Assembly (NCBI GenBank): GCA_000004985.1 | Contig: GG738932.1 | Direction: 5' to 3' (one strand) | DNA length: 64,000 nt | From: Naegleria gruberi | Lineage: Eukaryota | In this document: piece by piece, positions 8,750 through 17,300 of the stretch | Layout: each line of letters starts with the position of its first letter | Numbering within the stretch: the stretch's first letter is position 1 | Notes under the pieces: generated by a model | The model's database searches: none | The model's input: the letters and a program-made list of their open reading frames with translations, nothing else | Told to the model about the DNA's origin: nothing | Position numbers and translations under genes: made by a program

Positions 8750-10441
8750 ATGCTTAAAAACAGTTTTAATTCAACCTCAATGATGAGAAAGAAAATTTCC
8801 TCCAAGCTGGAAAATAGAGAGGAATTCGGAGCGAAGGAAATAATTACGAGGAATGATAAGGTGGAATATACAATTATGAATATTCATGATAGGAGGGCTG
8901 ATGAGGACAATTTAAAAAAGAATCAACGACAATTGAATGAAATTCTTACAAGAACTTTATATGAGGCACAACGTAATTTGAGTGATTTGTCTAGTTTGAC
9001 AAAGAAAAAGTTGGGTCCGAAGGCATTACTCTATCAACAACAATCACTGGTGGATGATACTGATCCATTATCTGCCTTGGGTGATGTTGGAAACTTTGAT
9101 TCAGTTAGTGAGGAAGATGGAATCAAGACAGATAAGCTTGATGAACTCGGCTCGACAACAATGTCATCGAGCATCATGAAGAAGGCCAGTAATAACAAGT
9201 TGAATGCCATGACCGAGAATCTCATGTTGAATCAATTAATTGATCTTGTCGATCAGAAGAAGAGAGAAAAACAACAGGAAGGTATCTTTGATAATTCTTT
9301 GAGGGAAATCTTTTTGAGAACAAGAGGTCTCATTGAAAACTTGTGGGATGAAATGAACATTGAAGACTCTGAGAGAAGAGATTTCTCCAGAAGATTCTTC
9401 TACCCTGAAACGCTAATTAACTATGTTTCCATCTTTAGAGAAATTACGCGATTGACTGGAGTAAGATCCATTCAACACGATGTCTTAACGAGTTTGGAAC
9501 AAAGAGAAGTCTACATTAAGAGACTGAAAGAAATTGCAATGCAATTCAACGGATATAGGGCTGGGGCATCTTCACTCATGGGTAGATTGCAAGATCCTAT
9601 GGTAAAGAATGAAATTCCGACCATTGTCTCCAATTTGAGAAATGTAACAATAGAACTTGTGGAATCTATTCTATTGTGGAGAAGTCAACTTACGAAGAAA
9701 ACTGTATTTTTATATAACGGAGAGAATTACATGCTCAAGATGAGAAATGATGTTGACTTTTTGAAACTTACAGAACTGGCTCCATTATTTGAAATTGTTG
9801 GAATTACAATTGATTCCAATCCATTACTATTACCTGATGATGTAAGAGGAAATAACAATATTTCATTCGATGAATATGTGAATGAAATCTTGAATGAAGG
9901 TGATGAGAATATCAATAAGAGCCAAACCGCATTGACTCTTGTGGAACACTATCAATCTAAGAGAGATCACGACAAGAAACAAGCCAATAGATTTAATGAA
10001 GACCAAAATCTTCAAAACATTCCTCGTGTTCTCAAAATCAACTTGCCTTTCGCTTACATGGAAAGATTGAGAAGATCAGACAAGTTCATCTTCCAAGAAG
10101 AATTGTACATTAAACTATTAGAAGATAGAGCAATGAGAGATCAAGCAGCTACAAAAATTCAAAGCCAGTGGAGAAGCTTCCTTGCCAGAAGATACATGAA
10201 GAGATTGAAAATGGAAACCAAGAAGGCTGCAGCTTACACGAATTCGAATAACTTCCTCAATCAACAAAAGAAACAAACTTTGAGAAATGAGGCAGTCATC
10301 CGTAATCTTCCAAAGAAAATTGAAGCACTAACAACAAAGGATTTGATTGAGGAATTGGAAAAGAATAGAAAGGCCGATGTTTTCCTTGATTCTCTCAATA
10401 TTTCAGGACGTTATTCAACTTCCATTTTCGATTTTGAGTAG
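8750..10441 (+). CDS. Hypothetical coiled-coil protein with a C-terminal IQ calmodulin-binding motif
   Basis: 563-aa uninterrupted ORF with codon bias like its neighbours. It contains the IQ motif 'AATKIQSQWRSFLARRYMKRLK' near residue 480 and predicted coiled-coil, charged K/E/R-rich segments. No catalytic motifs recognised. AATAAA lies 7 nt after the stop (10448-10453). Confidence 0.6.
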   Translation: MLKNSFNSTSMMRKKISSKLENREEFGAKEIITRNDKVEYTIMNIHDRRADEDNLKKNQRQLNEILTRTLYEAQRNLSDLSSLTKKKLGPKALLYQQQSLVDDTDPLSALGDVGNFDSVSEEDGIKTDKLDELGSTTMSSSIMKKASNNKLNAMTENLMLNQLIDLVDQKKREKQQEGIFDNSLREIFLRTRGLIENLWDEMNIEDSERRDFSRRFFYPETLINYVSIFREITRLTGVRSIQHDVLTSLEQREVYIKRLKEIAMQFNGYRAGASSLMGRLQDPMVKNEIPTIVSNLRNVTIELVESILLWRSQLTKKTVFLYNGENYMLKMRNDVDFLKLTELAPLFEIVGITIDSNPLLLPDDVRGNNNISFDEYVNEILNEGDENINKSQTALTLVEHYQSKRDHDKKQANRFNEDQNLQNIPRVLKINLPFAYMERLRRSDKFIFQEELYIKLLEDRAMRDQAATKIQSQWRSFLARRYMKRLKMETKKAAAYTNSNNFLNQQKKQTLRNEAVIRNLPKKIEALTTKDLIEELEKNRKADVFLDSLNISGRYSTSIFDFE

Positions 10442-10447
10442 TAATTC

Positions 10448-10453
10448 AATAAA
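10448..10453 (+). terminator. AATAAA poly(A)-signal-like hexamer inside the 26-bp spacer between convergent stop codons
   Basis: The plus-gene stop is at 10439-10441 and the minus-gene stop at 10468-10470. AATAAA sits between them. On the minus strand an ATAAAT hexamer (plus-strand TTTAT, 10457-10461) serves the opposite gene. The two 3' UTRs must overlap. Confidence 0.3.
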
Positions 10454-10467
10454 TAATTTATGTACAA

Positions 10468-10938
10468 TTATTGTTCTAGAAGTTTGGGTAATTTTTCCTT
10501 CGCCATATCTTTGATTTCCTGTTTGATTTGTGACTCTGATTTTCCTTCTCTATTCTTCATAATTTCTGGTCTTATTTTCTCGATGTGTTCCTTTAATAAT
10601 TTACTGTATGGATTATTTTCCAAATTTTTCGAATGTTTTGGATTATTTCTAATAAGATACATGGCAATCCAATTAATCGGATCGATCTTTGAGTAGATAG
10701 TACTCTTTAATTTTTCATATTCTTGTTCCTCTTCCGATTTCGGATCAACTGTTGAATACTCCTTTAATAAGGATTGAAAAGCAGGAATCAGCACTCCCAA
10801 AATATTTTCCTCCAAATAAAACGACAGCTCATCGCCACCCTCCCGAGCCAATCTAATGGTTGTTTCATCCTCTCCGAGCGATTCCTCAACATGAAAATTG
10901 TATTCGTGATGAAGAGGCGAAGCAAAGTGCTTTTTCAT
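10468..10938 (-). CDS. Dpy-30 (RIIa-like dimerisation/docking) motif protein with a 24-aa acidic insertion between the two motif helices
   Basis: 156-aa ORF. 'YLEENILGVLIPAFQSLLKE' matches the Dpy-30 helix-1 consensus '[20 protein letters not shown]', and 'IDPINWIAMYLIRNNP' matches helix 2 'PNPIEFLASYLLKN'. The two are separated by an in-frame acidic insert (STVDPKSEEEQEYEKLKSTIYSK). The residues encoded by nt 10684-10758 read straight through with no GT…AG intron in frame. Confidence 0.55.
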   Translation of the reverse strand: MKKHFASPLHHEYNFHVEESLGEDETTIRLAREGGDELSFYLEENILGVLIPAFQSLLKEYSTVDPKSEEEQEYEKLKSTIYSKIDPINWIAMYLIRNNPKHSKNLENNPYSKLLKEHIEKIRPEIMKNREGKSESQIKQEIKDMAKEKLPKLLEQ

Positions 10939-11097
10939 TTTTTTAAAGAATTTTTATCGTAGTTATTTTTGGCGCCATTTTAGTCAATCTGAATGGTAAT
11001 TAGTTTAAGATCATAAAATATTAGAATTCAAAGAAGTAAGCGAGCGAGTGATAAATATTTTCATTTTGTTTGCCCACTAAATAATTAACCAAAAAAA
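10939..11097. promoter_or_regulatory. Very short (159 bp) head-to-head bidirectional promoter
   Basis: Divergent start codons at 10938 (-) and 11098 (+). The spacer is AT-rich and contains the GGCGCC palindrome. Confidence 0.4.
10966..10983. promoter_or_regulatory. E2F-like site TTTTTGGCGCCATTTTAG in the 159-bp bidirectional promoter shared by the Dpy-30 gene (-) and the LRR gene (+)
   Basis: TTTGGCGCCA contains the 8-bp palindrome TGGCGCCA. It lies about 30 bp upstream of the minus-strand ATG at 10938 and about 115 bp upstream of the ATG at 11098. It is the same core as the site at 8068-8080. Confidence 0.35.
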
Positions 11098-12705
11098 ATG
11101 ACTCTACACGAAAGTACTCTTATTCGAAACAATAGTTTATTTCCCGATGATGTTTGTTTCGAAATTATCGATTACTTTGATTCTCCATTTATCATCAAAA
11201 CGTGTTCTTTAATTTCACATCAATTTTTACGTGTCATAAAATTATATTCGAATCTTGTGGTCAATTTCCTAATGATTACTTCAGAACAAATTAATCAATT
11301 TTCAAAAAGTCAATTTTTAGGAAATATAAGAAAGGTTAGAATAGCAAGTCATCAAATTGAAGGAGAAATAGGTGTTAAATTATTGGAAACTTTATCAGAA
11401 ATGAAAAATTTAACCTATTTGAATATTGATTGGAATAAAATTTCAGAAAAGTCTAAAATTATTCTTTCTGGAATGAAACACTTGAAAATACTTGCTGCTA
11501 GCGGATCTGAAATTGATAAATTTAGTCGATTGGATCAATTGACTGAACTAAATGTCAATTGGAATCGTTTAAAAGATGAAGATGTAAAATCTATTGGAAA
11601 TTTGAAAAATTTAACTTTATTAGAATTGAGTGGAAATGAAATTTCTAAAAATTCAATGAAATTTATTAGTCAGCTCTCAGAATTAACAAAACTTTCTGTG
11701 GGATTGAATTCAATTGAAAATGAAGGAATCAATTCAATAATCAATCTTTCAAAATTGACTTGTCTAAACATTATTAATGCAAATATTACTTCAGAAGGTG
11801 TCAAATTAATTGGAAAACTATCAAACTTAACCATTCTCGATATTAGTGGAAATTTAATTGGAGCTGAAGGAGGTCAATACATTGGAGAATTGAATAATCT
11901 CAAAATACTTGTGGCAAGTGATAATGAACTTGGAGTGTTTGGAGCAAAGAGCATTGGAGAAATGAATCAATTAACTTCACTTTGTTTGATAGGCAATTCT
12001 ATTGGAAATGAAGGAGCCAAGTATATTTCTCAATTAACCCAATTGACTGATCTTGATTTGGGAAGAAATGAAATAGGTAATGAAGGATTTAAACTACTAA
12101 CAAAACTTGAAAAGTTGACAAATTTAGATATGGTTTCTAATAACATTTCTGATTTGAGTTCGATTGGTCAATTGGGTTTATTAAACTGCCTTGATGTCAG
12201 AAAAAACAAAATAGAGGACACGGGCATAAGAAATATTTGTCAATTGGGTGGATTGAATGCACTTCGTCTTTGCGGAAATCCAATCACTTCAGAAGGAGCC
12301 AAAATATTATCAGAAATGGTTCAATTGACCAATTTATCAATAAGTGAGACCCATATTGATGACGAAGGAGCCAAATTTATAGCACAATTGACAACTCTGA
12401 AATATCTTGATATAAGTACTAAAAGAATAACCGCGAATGGTGTCAAATTTATTTGCCAATTATCAAAACTAATCTCACTCGATATTAATTGGAATAATAT
12501 TGGAGACGAGGGAGTGTTATATATTAGCAGAATGCAACAATTAGAAACACTAAATGCTGTTTATTGTAATATTGGATTGGAAGGCGCAAAACTCTTGAGT
12601 GAAATGGAACAATTGACCGTACTTGATGTGAAAATTAAAAGGATACCTGGAGAGGGAATTCAATTATTAGAAAATATTGCACGATTTAAATCATTAGTTG
12701 TGTAA
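11098..12705 (+). CDS. F-box-like / ribonuclease-inhibitor-type leucine-rich repeat protein (about 17 LRRs)
   Basis: 535-aa ORF. Residues about 14-50 'LFPDDVCFEIIDYFDSPFIIKTCSLISHQFLRVI' fit the F-box pattern (LPxEIlxxIfxyLdxxdLlxlxxVckxW). Residues about 95-520 are tandem 24-25-aa repeats of the form L(T/S)xLxIxxNxIGxEGAKxIxxLxx (RI/NLR-like LRR_6 type), for example 'LTSLCLIGNSIGNEGAKYISQLTQLTDLDLGRNEIGNEGFKLLTKL'. Confidence 0.8.
   Translation: MTLHESTLIRNNSLFPDDVCFEIIDYFDSPFIIKTCSLISHQFLRVIKLYSNLVVNFLMITSEQINQFSKSQFLGNIRKVRIASHQIEGEIGVKLLETLSEMKNLTYLNIDWNKISEKSKIILSGMKHLKILAASGSEIDKFSRLDQLTELNVNWNRLKDEDVKSIGNLKNLTLLELSGNEISKNSMKFISQLSELTKLSVGLNSIENEGINSIINLSKLTCLNIINANITSEGVKLIGKLSNLTILDISGNLIGAEGGQYIGELNNLKILVASDNELGVFGAKSIGEMNQLTSLCLIGNSIGNEGAKYISQLTQLTDLDLGRNEIGNEGFKLLTKLEKLTNLDMVSNNISDLSSIGQLGLLNCLDVRKNKIEDTGIRNICQLGGLNALRLCGNPITSEGAKILSEMVQLTNLSISETHIDDEGAKFIAQLTTLKYLDISTKRITANGVKFICQLSKLISLDINWNNIGDEGVLYISRMQQLETLNAVYCNIGLEGAKLLSEMEQLTVLDVKIKRIPGEGIQLLENIARFKSLVV
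11380..12660 (+). repeat. Tandem ~72-75 nt coding repeats (RI-type LRR units) inside the LRR gene
   Basis: A periodic protein motif …L(T/S)xLDIsxNxIGxEGAKxI… recurs about 17 times. The nucleotide periodicity (ttgac…aat/gga…gaagga gccaa) is visible by eye. Confidence 0.6.
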
Positions 12706-12818
12706 AATTCAATTAAACAATTCCCTTTCCTGGATCAATGAAGATCAAGTTTTACGTCTCTTCCACCCATTTGTTGTTTTGTTTACAACTCAAAGTTCCC
12801 CGCCTTATTGATTTCATC

Positions 12819-13127
12819 TTAGTAATGATCAACCACTTTCATTTTTTTCCTCAGTTCCTTGATTATTCTATCCGAAATATCATCACCAATATAAAGTTTC
12901 CTCAGCATTCCACTAATTGCCTCGAGTCCTTCATTTCCAATTTTATTTCCCGAAAGGTTTAGTTTGGTTAAATTTTCCATCCCACTTAATGATTTTGCTC
13001 CCTCAATTCCAATAGTACTGTCATAGATACGGAGATTAGTCAATTGATTTAGTTCACTTATTATTTTAGCTCCTGAATCTCCAATTTGATTATCACTAAT
13101 TAAAAGTCTCGTTAATTGTTTCAGTTA
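12819..13127 (-). CDS. Partial LRR protein, C-terminal fragment of a paralogue of the upstream LRR gene, truncated by the 50-N gap (possible pseudogene or flawed gap edge)
   Basis: The minus-strand frame reads …LKQLTRLLISDNQIGDSGAKIISELNQLTNLRIYDSTIGIEGAKSLSGMENLTKLNLSGNKIGNEGLEAISGM…KVVDHY*, the same RI-type repeat family as 11098-12705. The ORF runs into the N spacer at 13128-13177. An in-frame TAA sits at 13125-13127, exactly at the gap edge. This suggests either mis-assembly or error next to the gap, or a disrupted copy. Confidence 0.5.
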
Positions 13128-13177
13128 NNNNNNNNNNNNNNNNNNNNNNNNNNNNNNNNNNNNNNNNNNNNNNNNNN
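13128..13177. other. Assembly gap (50 N spacer)
   Basis: A run of exactly 50 N. It interrupts the minus-strand LRR gene. Confidence 0.99.
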
Positions 13178-13435
13178 GATCACATCAACTTTTTATGACC
13201 CAGTGAATTTGTCAATTGGGCACAAATTCGTGGAGCTGTCCAAACAGAAACTAAAGAAACAGCAAAGCCTATTCCAGTTGTGTGATCTTTCCACATGATC
13301 TCAGTTCATAATAGACACAAGAAAACACAATGCTAATAATAAAAATATAATTTTATTTAATTATTGAAATATGTGGAAAGATTTCCAACCTTGAAATTTA
13401 CCTAGTTGGAAAATTTACCATTAGTGAATTTTATT

Positions 13436-14200
13436 GATGGTGTGATGATGATGACCATTAAGATATTTACCTTAATGATCGGACTTGCTGATGATATTGA
13501 TGATAAAAGATATGATGAAGTGAAAATTCCACAACTCGATGAATACTAAGTGGAAAATTCAAACTCTCTTGATGGTGATATTAGACATCCCTACTAATGA
13601 TACTACGTTGTTGAAATTCAATCATCATGATGAAAATATATGGTGAATGATGAATACACCACCAACAAGGTGAAAACTCCAAATATCCAAAAACTATTAT
13701 TCGGAGTGTTGTTGATGATGTATTTGAATGGTACTATTCGAAGAAAGTTTGGTTGATGATGAAGTACATGTTGAAATATGGTCCATGTAATATTTTGAAT
13801 ATATGCATGTACCTATCTTGATGAAAACAAAATTCCAATCTATGAAATTCGAATATGTATTGCTTTATACTATTACAAATAATCCCACATATGAATTTCT
13901 GATGATGATTCACCAACTTTAATTTTTCCAATAACAAAATTACTATCTAATTCCATAACAATAAACTTCCACATAAAATTACTATTATTACTATTATATT
14001 GATGATGTATAGATGATGAGGTTCAATTCTTGGAGTGGGAAGATGAAGAACCACTCTGAAAATAAACTACTCATAAAATTGATATTTTTTATGAATGCTA
14101 GATACGTCTTTATTGAGTTTGCTGTATGATGAAAGTATAATAAAAATTACTACTGTAACTACTATTTAAATGATGTTGAGATGATGATGTGAAAGTTTGG
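13436..14200 (+). repeat. Non-coding block strongly enriched for strand-specific TGATGA / TTGATGATG motifs (about 17 copies on the plus strand against 2 TCATCA), interspersed with GGAAAATTCC-like imperfect palindromes. It could be a degenerate dispersed repeat, a C/D-box-snoRNA-like cluster, or the edge of a repeat array
   Basis: TGATGA occurs at 13443, 13446, 13489, 13498, 13513, 13628, 13648, 13713, 13754, 13757, 13819, 13900, 13903, 14000, 14014, 14127 and 14182. TTGATGATG(T/A) recurs at 13712, 13753 and 13999. No ORF of convincing length or composition is present. The canonical D box CTGA is rare, occurring only at 13488, 13899 and 14056. Confidence 0.5.
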
Positions 14201-14342
14201 TAGCTTACAGATATGAAACCACTCAAAGAATCATCAAGTCATTGACTTTATTTTTAGGTCTTCATTAAGTTGATCAGGTGAAACGGTTTCAAGATGCTTT
14301 CTTCTCTCACCCAAAGAAGTGATGGTGTTGAAAATAGCATCA

Positions 14343-17300
14343 NNNNNNNNNNNNNNNNNNNNNNNNNNNNNNNNNNNNNNNNNNNNNNNNNNNNNNNNNN
14401 NNNNNNNNNNNNNNNNNNNNNNNNNNNNNNNNNNNNNNNNNNNNNNNNNNNNNNNNNNNNNNNNNNNNNNNNNNNNNNNNNNNNNNNNNNNNNNNNNNNN
14501 NNNNNNNNNNNNNNNNNNNNNNNNNNNNNNNNNNNNNNNNNNNNNNNNNNNNNNNNNNNNNNNNNNNNNNNNNNNNNNNNNNNNNNNNNNNNNNNNNNNN
14601 NNNNNNNNNNNNNNNNNNNNNNNNNNNNNNNNNNNNNNNNNNNNNNNNNNNNNNNNNNNNNNNNNNNNNNNNNNNNNNNNNNNNNNNNNNNNNNNNNNNN
14701 NNNNNNNNNNNNNNNNNNNNNNNNNNNNNNNNNNNNNNNNNNNNNNNNNNNNNNNNNNNNNNNNNNNNNNNNNNNNNNNNNNNNNNNNNNNNNNNNNNNN
14801 NNNNNNNNNNNNNNNNNNNNNNNNNNNNNNNNNNNNNNNNNNNNNNNNNNNNNNNNNNNNNNNNNNNNNNNNNNNNNNNNNNNNNNNNNNNNNNNNNNNN
14901 NNNNNNNNNNNNNNNNNNNNNNNNNNNNNNNNNNNNNNNNNNNNNNNNNNNNNNNNNNNNNNNNNNNNNNNNNNNNNNNNNNNNNNNNNNNNNNNNNNNN
15001 NNNNNNNNNNNNNNNNNNNNNNNNNNNNNNNNNNNNNNNNNNNNNNNNNNNNNNNNNNNNNNNNNNNNNNNNNNNNNNNNNNNNNNNNNNNNNNNNNNNN
15101 NNNNNNNNNNNNNNNNNNNNNNNNNNNNNNNNNNNNNNNNNNNNNNNNNNNNNNNNNNNNNNNNNNNNNNNNNNNNNNNNNNNNNNNNNNNNNNNNNNNN
15201 NNNNNNNNNNNNNNNNNNNNNNNNNNNNNNNNNNNNNNNNNNNNNNNNNNNNNNNNNNNNNNNNNNNNNNNNNNNNNNNNNNNNNNNNNNNNNNNNNNNN
15301 NNNNNNNNNNNNNNNNNNNNNNNNNNNNNNNNNNNNNNNNNNNNNNNNNNNNNNNNNNNNNNNNNNNNNNNNNNNNNNNNNNNNNNNNNNNNNNNNNNNN
15401 NNNNNNNNNNNNNNNNNNNNNNNNNNNNNNNNNNNNNNNNNNNNNNNNNNNNNNNNNNNNNNNNNNNNNNNNNNNNNNNNNNNNNNNNNNNNNNNNNNNN
15501 NNNNNNNNNNNNNNNNNNNNNNNNNNNNNNNNNNNNNNNNNNNNNNNNNNNNNNNNNNNNNNNNNNNNNNNNNNNNNNNNNNNNNNNNNNNNNNNNNNNN
15601 NNNNNNNNNNNNNNNNNNNNNNNNNNNNNNNNNNNNNNNNNNNNNNNNNNNNNNNNNNNNNNNNNNNNNNNNNNNNNNNNNNNNNNNNNNNNNNNNNNNN
15701 NNNNNNNNNNNNNNNNNNNNNNNNNNNNNNNNNNNNNNNNNNNNNNNNNNNNNNNNNNNNNNNNNNNNNNNNNNNNNNNNNNNNNNNNNNNNNNNNNNNN
15801 NNNNNNNNNNNNNNNNNNNNNNNNNNNNNNNNNNNNNNNNNNNNNNNNNNNNNNNNNNNNNNNNNNNNNNNNNNNNNNNNNNNNNNNNNNNNNNNNNNNN
15901 NNNNNNNNNNNNNNNNNNNNNNNNNNNNNNNNNNNNNNNNNNNNNNNNNNNNNNNNNNNNNNNNNNNNNNNNNNNNNNNNNNNNNNNNNNNNNNNNNNNN
16001 NNNNNNNNNNNNNNNNNNNNNNNNNNNNNNNNNNNNNNNNNNNNNNNNNNNNNNNNNNNNNNNNNNNNNNNNNNNNNNNNNNNNNNNNNNNNNNNNNNNN
16101 NNNNNNNNNNNNNNNNNNNNNNNNNNNNNNNNNNNNNNNNNNNNNNNNNNNNNNNNNNNNNNNNNNNNNNNNNNNNNNNNNNNNNNNNNNNNNNNNNNNN
16201 NNNNNNNNNNNNNNNNNNNNNNNNNNNNNNNNNNNNNNNNNNNNNNNNNNNNNNNNNNNNNNNNNNNNNNNNNNNNNNNNNNNNNNNNNNNNNNNNNNNN
16301 NNNNNNNNNNNNNNNNNNNNNNNNNNNNNNNNNNNNNNNNNNNNNNNNNNNNNNNNNNNNNNNNNNNNNNNNNNNNNNNNNNNNNNNNNNNNNNNNNNNN
16401 NNNNNNNNNNNNNNNNNNNNNNNNNNNNNNNNNNNNNNNNNNNNNNNNNNNNNNNNNNNNNNNNNNNNNNNNNNNNNNNNNNNNNNNNNNNNNNNNNNNN
16501 NNNNNNNNNNNNNNNNNNNNNNNNNNNNNNNNNNNNNNNNNNNNNNNNNNNNNNNNNNNNNNNNNNNNNNNNNNNNNNNNNNNNNNNNNNNNNNNNNNNN
16601 NNNNNNNNNNNNNNNNNNNNNNNNNNNNNNNNNNNNNNNNNNNNNNNNNNNNNNNNNNNNNNNNNNNNNNNNNNNNNNNNNNNNNNNNNNNNNNNNNNNN
16701 NNNNNNNNNNNNNNNNNNNNNNNNNNNNNNNNNNNNNNNNNNNNNNNNNNNNNNNNNNNNNNNNNNNNNNNNNNNNNNNNNNNNNNNNNNNNNNNNNNNN
16801 NNNNNNNNNNNNNNNNNNNNNNNNNNNNNNNNNNNNNNNNNNNNNNNNNNNNNNNNNNNNNNNNNNNNNNNNNNNNNNNNNNNNNNNNNNNNNNNNNNNN
16901 NNNNNNNNNNNNNNNNNNNNNNNNNNNNNNNNNNNNNNNNNNNNNNNNNNNNNNNNNNNNNNNNNNNNNNNNNNNNNNNNNNNNNNNNNNNNNNNNNNNN
17001 NNNNNNNNNNNNNNNNNNNNNNNNNNNNNNNNNNNNNNNNNNNNNNNNNNNNNNNNNNNNNNNNNNNNNNNNNNNNNNNNNNNNNNNNNNNNNNNNNNNN
17101 NNNNNNNNNNNNNNNNNNNNNNNNNNNNNNNNNNNNNNNNNNNNNNNNNNNNNNNNNNNNNNNNNNNNNNNNNNNNNNNNNNNNNNNNNNNNNNNNNNNN
17201 NNNNNNNNNNNNNNNNNNNNNNNNNNNNNNNNNNNNNNNNNNNNNNNNNNNNNNNNNNNNNNNNNNNNNNNNNNNNNNNNNNNNNNNNNNNNNNNNNNNN

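Noticed and set aside
10684-10758. Possible 73-nt intron (GTATTC…CAAAG) explaining the insertion in the Dpy-30 motif
   Set aside because: The candidate is not a multiple of three. Splicing it out would shift the frame and destroy the downstream DPINWIAMYL helix, which is clearly encoded in the continuous frame. It is therefore an in-frame protein insertion and not an intron.
13178-13292. 7-bp inverted repeat GATCACA … TGTGATC about 100 bp apart at the gap edge
   Set aside because: Too short to be significant, and one copy abuts the N spacer where sequence quality is doubtful.
13116-13298. 60-aa ORF whose translation contains a run of X
   Set aside because: It reads through the 50-N gap and is an artefact of translating N.
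13441-13775. Apparent pattern of short ORFs each ending in tandem stop codons (TGA-TGA) within one reading frame
   Set aside because: Different TTGATGATG copies fall in different phases (Met-Met in one, stop-stop in another) because their spacings are not multiples of three. The pattern is a by-product of the (GAT)n-like word and not evidence of coding micro-ORFs.
13840-13860. tRNA T-loop-like word TTCGAAT (…gaaattcgaatatg…)
   Set aside because: No flanking G-rich T-stem, no acceptor stem complementarity and no anticodon arm could be built. AT-rich chance match.
1-14342. Search for prokaryote-style novel systems (defence islands, CRISPR, toxin-antitoxin, integrons, IS elements)
   Set aside because: The sequence is clearly eukaryotic nuclear DNA: ESCRT-III, DYRK, mRNA capping enzyme, F-box/LRR, long low-complexity tracts, Kozak-like starts and AATAAA signals. 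No direct-repeat/spacer arrays, transposase or integrase ORFs, or terminal inverted repeats were seen.
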